64,000 nucleotides of DNA. Source: a virus (taxonomy: Duplodnaviria; Caudoviricetes). Shown here in pieces: positions 59,431 to 64,000 of the stretch; positions within the stretch are counted from its first letter, which is position 1; every line of letters begins with the position of its first letter. The stretch lies in the IMG/VR virus record IMGVR_UViG_3300017912_003441, positions 1 to 64,000 of that record, one strand, 5' to 3'. The notes under the pieces are model-generated. The model was not told the origin of the DNA. It saw only the letters and a list, made by a program, of their open reading frames with translations, and did no database searches. A program made the translations under genes and the position numbers.

Positions 59431-60117
59431 TTAATTTCTAGGTAATTTCATACCAAAAGTATCTACATCCTGAGGAATACGGCCTGTATCATCATCAGGT
59501 AGGTTAAGATTTGCTTCTGGAACTGACCATCCTTCTGGGCCAACTTGCATAAGGTTAAAGACTCTTCCTTCATCTTCTTCATCTATGCTAACAATGATAC
59601 CATCGTAATCGTCTTGAGATACATCTGCAGGAATAATCTCACCAACTTTATACGTACTAGGATCTCCGGAGACATGATCGAATGCACCTTCTTGTAGCTT
59701 AGCTATTTTCTTTTTCAGCATATCTTTATATGCTTGTACACTGCCATAGTTCTTTTTAGCGAATTCTTCATCAGGATTATCATGAAGCGCTTGTAAGTCT
59801 TTTACGTCATCATTACTACCTTCATCTACATTAGTAGACTCGTCGTAATCTTCTTCATCCCCGATAACAGTATCAATGAACCAATTAGTCCAATTGTCAC
59901 CTTGATCTTTGATCTGTTTAACCATATAATCAACAATGTCATCTGCACCAACAGCTTGTGCGGCTTTATGTAGAGGTTGTAGAAGTTCTTGATCCATCAT
60001 GTATTGATTATGATGGTCAGTACTATTGTCTGCCTCTCTAGATACAAATGATTCCCAGATTAACTTATCGTCGCTCTGGACTTCGTTTTGTGTTTTAGGT
60101 CCTTTGAATGACTTCAT
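59431..60117 (-). CDS. acidic hypothetical protein (late operon)
   Basis: 228 aa, 1 nt after previous stop. Confidence 0.75.
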   Translation of the reverse strand: MKSFKGPKTQNEVQSDDKLIWESFVSREADNSTDHHNQYMMDQELLQPLHKAAQAVGADDIVDYMVKQIKDQGDNWTNWFIDTVIGDEEDYDESTNVDEGSNDDVKDLQALHDNPDEEFAKKNYGSVQAYKDMLKKKIAKLQEGAFDHVSGDPSTYKVGEIIPADVSQDDYDGIIVSIDEEDEGRVFNLMQVGPEGWSVPEANLNLPDDDTGRIPQDVDTFGMKLPRN

Positions 60118-60118
60118 A

Positions 60119-60343
60119 TTACTTGTTACAATGTGCGGCTTGAATTAATTCTCCGCACTTAGGGCATTCGAATTTATCAGAATCAGAAGCACCTTCTCTT
60201 TTAGTATTACAGCTTGTTTCATCAACAGTATCGGTATCAGTTGCTTCGTCTTCTTCAACAGTATTGTTTGCTGGTACTTCAATCTTATGAGTATACATCT
60301 CATTAATGATTGCCTCAAGGTCTTTTTCGCGATTAGATCTCAT
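60119..60343 (-). CDS. small late protein with CxxC
   Basis: FECPKCG; TAAATA 5 nt upstream. Confidence 0.65.
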   Translation of the reverse strand: MRSNREKDLEAIINEMYTHKIEVPANNTVEEDEATDTDTVDETSCNTKREGASDSDKFECPKCGELIQAAHCNK

Positions 60344-60351
60344 ATAGTTAT

Positions 60352-60546
60352 TTAGTCTTCGTAGCGTGACTTTAAGTAAGCTTTGAACTTAGCCTCTTTC
60401 ATTTTCTGTCTCTTAACTGCTGAAGGTTTCTGGAAGTATCGTCTTCTTCTGCATTCCCTAAGTACATCATCTCTATCTAACTGCTTCTTCAGCCGCTTTA
60501 GAGCTTTGTCGATAGGTTCATCAGGGCGTAAGTTAACTTTAGACAT
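60352..60546 (-). CDS. rpsU: Ribosomal protein bS21
   Basis: MSKVNLRPDEPIDKALKRLKKQLDRDDVLRECRRRRYFQKPSAVKRQK; true start ATG 60546. Confidence 0.93.
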   Translation of the reverse strand: MSKVNLRPDEPIDKALKRLKKQLDRDDVLRECRRRRYFQKPSAVKRQKMKEAKFKAYLKSRYED

Positions 60547-60547
60547 A

Positions 60548-61246
60548 TTAGCGTTTGGAGTTAAAGTATTTCTGGAAGTTCTCGTCTCCGAGGTATGGAA
60601 GAGCATCTTCTTTATAGATCCAGAATCTAACATTATTACGATCACTATCATCTATAAAGTAACCGTAACCTTCCAGAGAGGAGTTTCTTAATGATTTGAA
60701 AGCCAATTGAGTTAATTTAGTATAGATTGGACCTCTATTCTCATCTTTAGCACCAGTGAAGAGTAATACATTAGGTTGTCTAGTAATGATGTAGTGTTGC
60801 GCAATATGTATGATAGTGCCTATAACACGAGTAGCTCTATGGCCACCTTTACCTGTTTTAATGACAGTACCTTCATCGGCATCAGAGAATCCATACTCAA
60901 TAACGTTAGCATACTCGGGTTTAACTGCATTAGGATATTTAGATGCTACATATTGGTCCGCGGCCTGAACCGCTTGCCGGTGGTTGTACTTTGCGATACC
61001 GGCACTATCTCTCTCTGGTTCTATAAATTGATCTAAGGTATCGTCACTAGCGAAAGCTGCCTCTACCCTATATGGTTCGTCTGCGTCGTCTACCGTAAAC
61101 TTATATAGTATAAGATTTCTATTGGTGCTATCGATATTAAAGTTATATGGATTATCGAATGCTTCTGTTAGCTTACAGTATTCTAGAAAGCTCATATGCT
61201 TTGTAGAAGATAACCAGCCCTCTTGTGTAGGGTAGAACGTACTCAT
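60548..61246 (-). CDS. hypothetical protein
   Basis: 232 aa; ATGA overlap with upstream gene. Confidence 0.75.
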   Translation of the reverse strand: MSTFYPTQEGWLSSTKHMSFLEYCKLTEAFDNPYNFNIDSTNRNLILYKFTVDDADEPYRVEAAFASDDTLDQFIEPERDSAGIAKYNHRQAVQAADQYVASKYPNAVKPEYANVIEYGFSDADEGTVIKTGKGGHRATRVIGTIIHIAQHYIITRQPNVLLFTGAKDENRGPIYTKLTQLAFKSLRNSSLEGYGYFIDDSDRNNVRFWIYKEDALPYLGDENFQKYFNSKR

Positions 61247-61653
61247 GAGTTGTATTGTGAAACAGGAGGTGTTTTAGACCTTTGTTTATCTAATGGATCA
61301 CTCTTTCTAGCTCCTCGCTCTTGAGCATCAGCACTCAATCTACCTTTGACCAAGTTACCAGATTTAGTATAGTAATGACCATCCGGAGCTGTCTTAGTTT
61401 CTTTATTCATAGTCTCATAGCGAGTTTCAATCATATTCTTAATTTGTTTGAACTGACCCATGAGATCACTTACAATCTCTTTATCAGAGAAGTCCCAATC
61501 GAAGCCAAGTATATTCTTATCAATGTGATCGTATACGCTAGCAAGGATAAAGTCTTCTATTTTGAAGTTAGGTCTTTTACTCTCTTCAGTATATGTTTTC
61601 TTGAGATGTAGACCTTCGTAGAGCTCGTCGAGTTTAGAGTGGAACTGTTTCAT
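61243..61653 (-). CDS. hypothetical late protein
   Basis: 136 aa; TAAATA 10 nt upstream, heads the operon containing bS21. Confidence 0.75.
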   Translation of the reverse strand: MKQFHSKLDELYEGLHLKKTYTEESKRPNFKIEDFILASVYDHIDKNILGFDWDFSDKEIVSDLMGQFKQIKNMIETRYETMNKETKTAPDGHYYTKSGNLVKGRLSADAQERGARKSDPLDKQRSKTPPVSQYNS

Positions 61654-61673
61654 TGTATAGAATTATTTATTCT

Positions 61674-61802
61674 TTACGTGACGAGTTTAGGCTTGTTAAT
61701 ACGATCTAGAGCTTCTTGTACCTTCTTTATTTTATGTTGATCTGACTGCCATTTAGAAATAGTATACAAAATATCTTTTATGTCTACTTGTTTAGCTTTC
61801 AT
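61674..61802 (-). CDS. small hypothetical protein (42 aa, not in ORF track)
   Basis: MKAKQVDIKDILYTISKWQSDQHKIKKVQEALDRINKPKLVT. Confidence 0.5.
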   Translation of the reverse strand: MKAKQVDIKDILYTISKWQSDQHKIKKVQEALDRINKPKLVT

Positions 61803-61911
61803 TTTTTTGCTCTTTTATACTTCTTTTTAGGTCGTAAGTCCTCAATATATTTCATTTCAGGATATAGTTCAGCGTGATAATCTTCTATATCTTTAAACTT
61901 AAATAGCTTCT

Positions 61912-62448
61912 TTAAAATTTTGCGTACCATATACTTTCTTTCTCTTTCTTAGTTAGAGTCAATTGTGCACCATTATTTGGTTCAATATAAACTACAGAGA
62001 GATTCTTTGCACCAGGTCTTTGTGTTATAACTGCATTGATAGCATGCAAGTTTTGTGAATTTGGTGCTTTACTATTATCATACCAGATTGTACCTACAGC
62101 TAATCCTTCTGAATCACTCTTGTTTTTCTTCTTTGCTTTAGAATTCTCTGTAAATGATAACGGGTTAGTCTTATAATGTAGCAAGTCACAATAGCTTTTA
62201 TACAATGATGCTAAGTTCTCACAATCAAACTTACGGTGCCAGAATTGCTTTTGACCTGTCTTTCTATCTAATCCAATAAACTTTAACCATTTAGTAAAGC
62301 TATTATAAATTTCAGTCTTTATATAAGCACAATCTGGTATAGCATATGAAGAGTCAGTTATATAATAACCTGCGTCTAATGAGAAGTCATCAACGTCTTT
62401 GTGAACGATATCTAATAGTTCTTGTCCGGTAATTGATAATACACTCAT
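61912..62448 (-). CDS. Papain-fold cysteine-protease-like protein (MOA C-terminal domain-like)
   Basis: FDCENLA...HAINA...YIEP Cys-His-Glu pattern. Confidence 0.55.
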   Translation of the reverse strand: MSVLSITGQELLDIVHKDVDDFSLDAGYYITDSSYAIPDCAYIKTEIYNSFTKWLKFIGLDRKTGQKQFWHRKFDCENLASLYKSYCDLLHYKTNPLSFTENSKAKKKNKSDSEGLAVGTIWYDNSKAPNSQNLHAINAVITQRPGAKNLSVVYIEPNNGAQLTLTKKEKESIWYAKF

Positions 62449-62636
62449 GCAATTAATTCCTTTACCTCATCATAGGTTTGTTTCACTCTAATAACTCCGC
62501 GCTTAACTTCGATATTAGTTCCGTCTCCAGACTCAACCGGTGTAAAGCTTATAACTCTATTGGTGTTGATAGATACTTGTCGCTCTTTTCCTGTGGATAG
62601 TCCTGCTGTAATTAATTCTGTTAGTTCAATAAACAT
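62445..62636 (-). CDS. small hypothetical protein (FlbD-like pattern)
   Basis: MFIELT...IN...I......T.I......VKQTYDEV. Confidence 0.6.
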   Translation of the reverse strand: MFIELTELITAGLSTGKERQVSINTNRVISFTPVESGDGTNIEVKRGVIRVKQTYDEVKELIA

Positions 62637-62857
62637 TATTCTTCCTCGTTATTGTCAAATTCATACAATACTTTCAATAATTTATCAGCAAGTAGCTCAA
62701 TATCACGTATGTCGTCGAACCTATCTTCTCTCACATCTAGAAACCTTTTGATCTCTACCATAAAGTCTAAGTACTCTTCTACTCTATGCTGGGCTGTACG
62801 TAACTTATTTTTTACGCTCTTATGATAACTTATTTGATCTTCTTGTGTCATCGCCAT
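62636..62857 (-). CDS. hypothetical protein
   Basis: 73 aa, operonic. Confidence 0.6.
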   Translation of the reverse strand: MAMTQEDQISYHKSVKNKLRTAQHRVEEYLDFMVEIKRFLDVREDRFDDIRDIELLADKLLKVLYEFDNNEEE

Positions 62858-63213
62858 ACTCTATAACTATCTGAATCTTCTGAATAAGTACTCGTCTCGT
62901 CAAACTCAACTGGACTATCTTCATCAGCACTCAATCGATGAGCCATACCTCGAGGTATCTCCATACAATCTCCCTCTTCTAATACTGTAACAGTATGTTC
63001 AACCGTCTTAGGATCAATTGTAGTAATAAACAACGTACCTTTTCTTACATAAAAGCATTCATGCTTCTTAAGATGATAATGCATAGAGGTACCTGCACCT
63101 GCATTAATATAAAGAATCTTACTGCAATAGTCTTCCTCTTTGTTGTTAACTCTAATGAGTTCGTACCCCCAGCTCTTATCTATCTTCTCTGGTAAGAATT
63201 GTAAGTGTTCCAT
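62848..63213 (-). CDS. Cupin-domain protein (sugar isomerase-like)
   Basis: KSWGYE, YCSKIL, SMHYH.KK.E.FYV..G, IPRG..H; promoter TTGATA-16-TATAAT 6 nt upstream. Confidence 0.8.
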   Translation of the reverse strand: MEHLQFLPEKIDKSWGYELIRVNNKEEDYCSKILYINAGAGTSMHYHLKKHECFYVRKGTLFITTIDPKTVEHTVTVLEEGDCMEIPRGMAHRLSADEDSPVEFDETSTYSEDSDSYRVWR

Positions 63214-63227
63214 ATGAGTATTATAGC

Positions 63228-63434
63228 TTATCCATTCTCTTTATCAAGCTCAGTATAGATTTCGTTGAGAGAACATTCTTGACATTGAAACAATACTGTA
63301 TTACCGAACATAGCTCCAGTTACTGGATTACCATCTCGACCTTCAGCACCACATTCGTCACAAGCGTCATAAGGTATATGTTTTTCTACAACGCTAGTTC
63401 CGACCGATATATTATTATAATAAGGACTTGTCAT
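63228..63434 (-). CDS. small Zn-ribbon protein
   Basis: CDECG...CQEC. Confidence 0.6.
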   Translation of the reverse strand: MTSPYYNNISVGTSVVEKHIPYDACDECGAEGRDGNPVTGAMFGNTVLFQCQECSLNEIYTELDKENG

Positions 63435-63613
63435 TTGAAAGTATTTCGTTTTTTAGATGTCATACGCTTCCACTCTTCCCAAGATGGTTTTGGCTCTTGC
63501 AAGCTTTCCCATTCACGCTTTAGCTTCTTTCGCTCTTGCTCTATAAATTGACTTGAACTCATTCTAGTTTCAATATATTCTCTATTGTTATCTGTTAATA
63601 CACATAGACACAT
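63431..63613 (-). CDS. hypothetical protein
   Basis: Operonic ORF, start near 63613. Confidence 0.55.
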   Translation of the reverse strand: MCLCVLTDNNREYIETRMSSSQFIEQERKKLKREWESLQEPKPSWEEWKRMTSKKRNTFK

Positions 63614-63840
63614 TATTCCCAATCTTTTCTCAAAGAAGAATCAGCTTCGTTATCATCAAAACCAGCCCAATACTCTGCAATCTCTTTTTTGCTCATATCT
63701 TTCTCTTCTACTTTAGGAGAGTAATATGTATCAGCTTCGAAGTAATGAGGTACTGGGGTACGTCCATACCAACTATCAGCTGTTCCTCGATCATATGGGC
63801 TTCCATGCCCCCTATCAGTTCTTTCAGTTTTAACTTTCAT
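63613..63840 (-). CDS. hypothetical phage protein
   Basis: HGSPYDRGTADSWYGR...PHY...EY.AG; start ATG 63840 after TTGACG-16-TATAAT promoter. Confidence 0.7.
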   Translation of the reverse strand: MKVKTERTDRGHGSPYDRGTADSWYGRTPVPHYFEADTYYSPKVEEKDMSKKEIAEYWAGFDDNEADSSLRKDWE

Positions 63841-63886
63841 CTCTAACAACACAATAATTATATCTTATCTAGAGAGGACGTCAAGC

Positions 63887-64000
63887 TTAGATTTGTTTCT
63901 CGAGCTTAGCGATCAATTGCTTGACGCTAACTGTAGGGTTGGTTAGATTATAGGTGAGAATATTATAAAGCTGATTGCACTCACCTTTAGTTAGTTTAAT
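63887..64000 (-). CDS. 3' end of a gene entering from beyond the window (partial)
   Basis: Open frame IKLTKGECNQLYNILTYNLTNPTVSVKQLIAKLEKQI-stop. Confidence 0.5.
   Translation of the reverse strand: MKLTKGECNQLYNILTYNLTNPTVSVKQLIAKLEKQI

Noticed and set aside
60547-60651. N-terminally extended bS21 (99 aa in ORF track)
   Set aside because: Extension overlaps the upstream gene; ATG 60546 gives a normal-length bS21.
1322-63551. Many short ORF-track entries antisense to or nested in long genes (e.g. 1322-1612, 2137-2412, 28243-28593, 45141-45554, 57931-58299, 60383-60691)
   Set aside because: Shadow ORFs of real genes on the other strand or frame; no motifs or promoters.
1-64000. Stop-codon reassignment (alternative genetic code)
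   Set aside because: Core genes are full length in the standard code, coding density is high, and TAA, TGA and TAG all occur as gene ends; no suppressor tRNA seen.

Overview
64 kb segment of a large, AT-rich, T4-like (Tevenvirinae-architecture) myophage genome using the standard genetic code. 1-16.3 kb: replication module (family B polymerase gp43, UvsX, gp41 helicase, gp32, gp45, RNase H, gp61 primase) interrupted by a QueC / class II glutamine amidotransferase / glycosyltransferase cassette, a DHH phosphoesterase and two dTDP-sugar enzymes. 16.3-51.8 kb: neck, terminase, tail, baseplate and large fibre/lectin genes, with rmlA, dUTPase and gp44 interspersed. 51.9-64 kb: minus-strand accessory region of small genes, many with their own sigma70-like promoter, including DUF932, a ferredoxin, tRNA-Ile2, an atypical tRNA-Cys, ribosomal protein bS21 and a 37-aa ArfA-like peptide missed by the ORF track. 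Strongest unexplained patterns: (i) virion proteins are heavily enriched in a [LVI]-[ST]-[AG] tripeptide (mostly LSA/LSG) in a phage encoding a complete dTDP-rhamnose pathway plus a glycosyltransferase, suggesting a virion O-glycosylation system; (ii) promoters sit 5-7 nt from start codons across the window, implying a largely leaderless transcriptome, paired with phage-encoded ribosome factors; (iii) the QueC-GATase-GT cassette, with a Ser-to-Arg change in polymerase motif B, suggests a DNA base hypermodification. Host is tentatively Verrucomicrobiota. All protein assignments are by motif recognition and synteny; no database searches were run.
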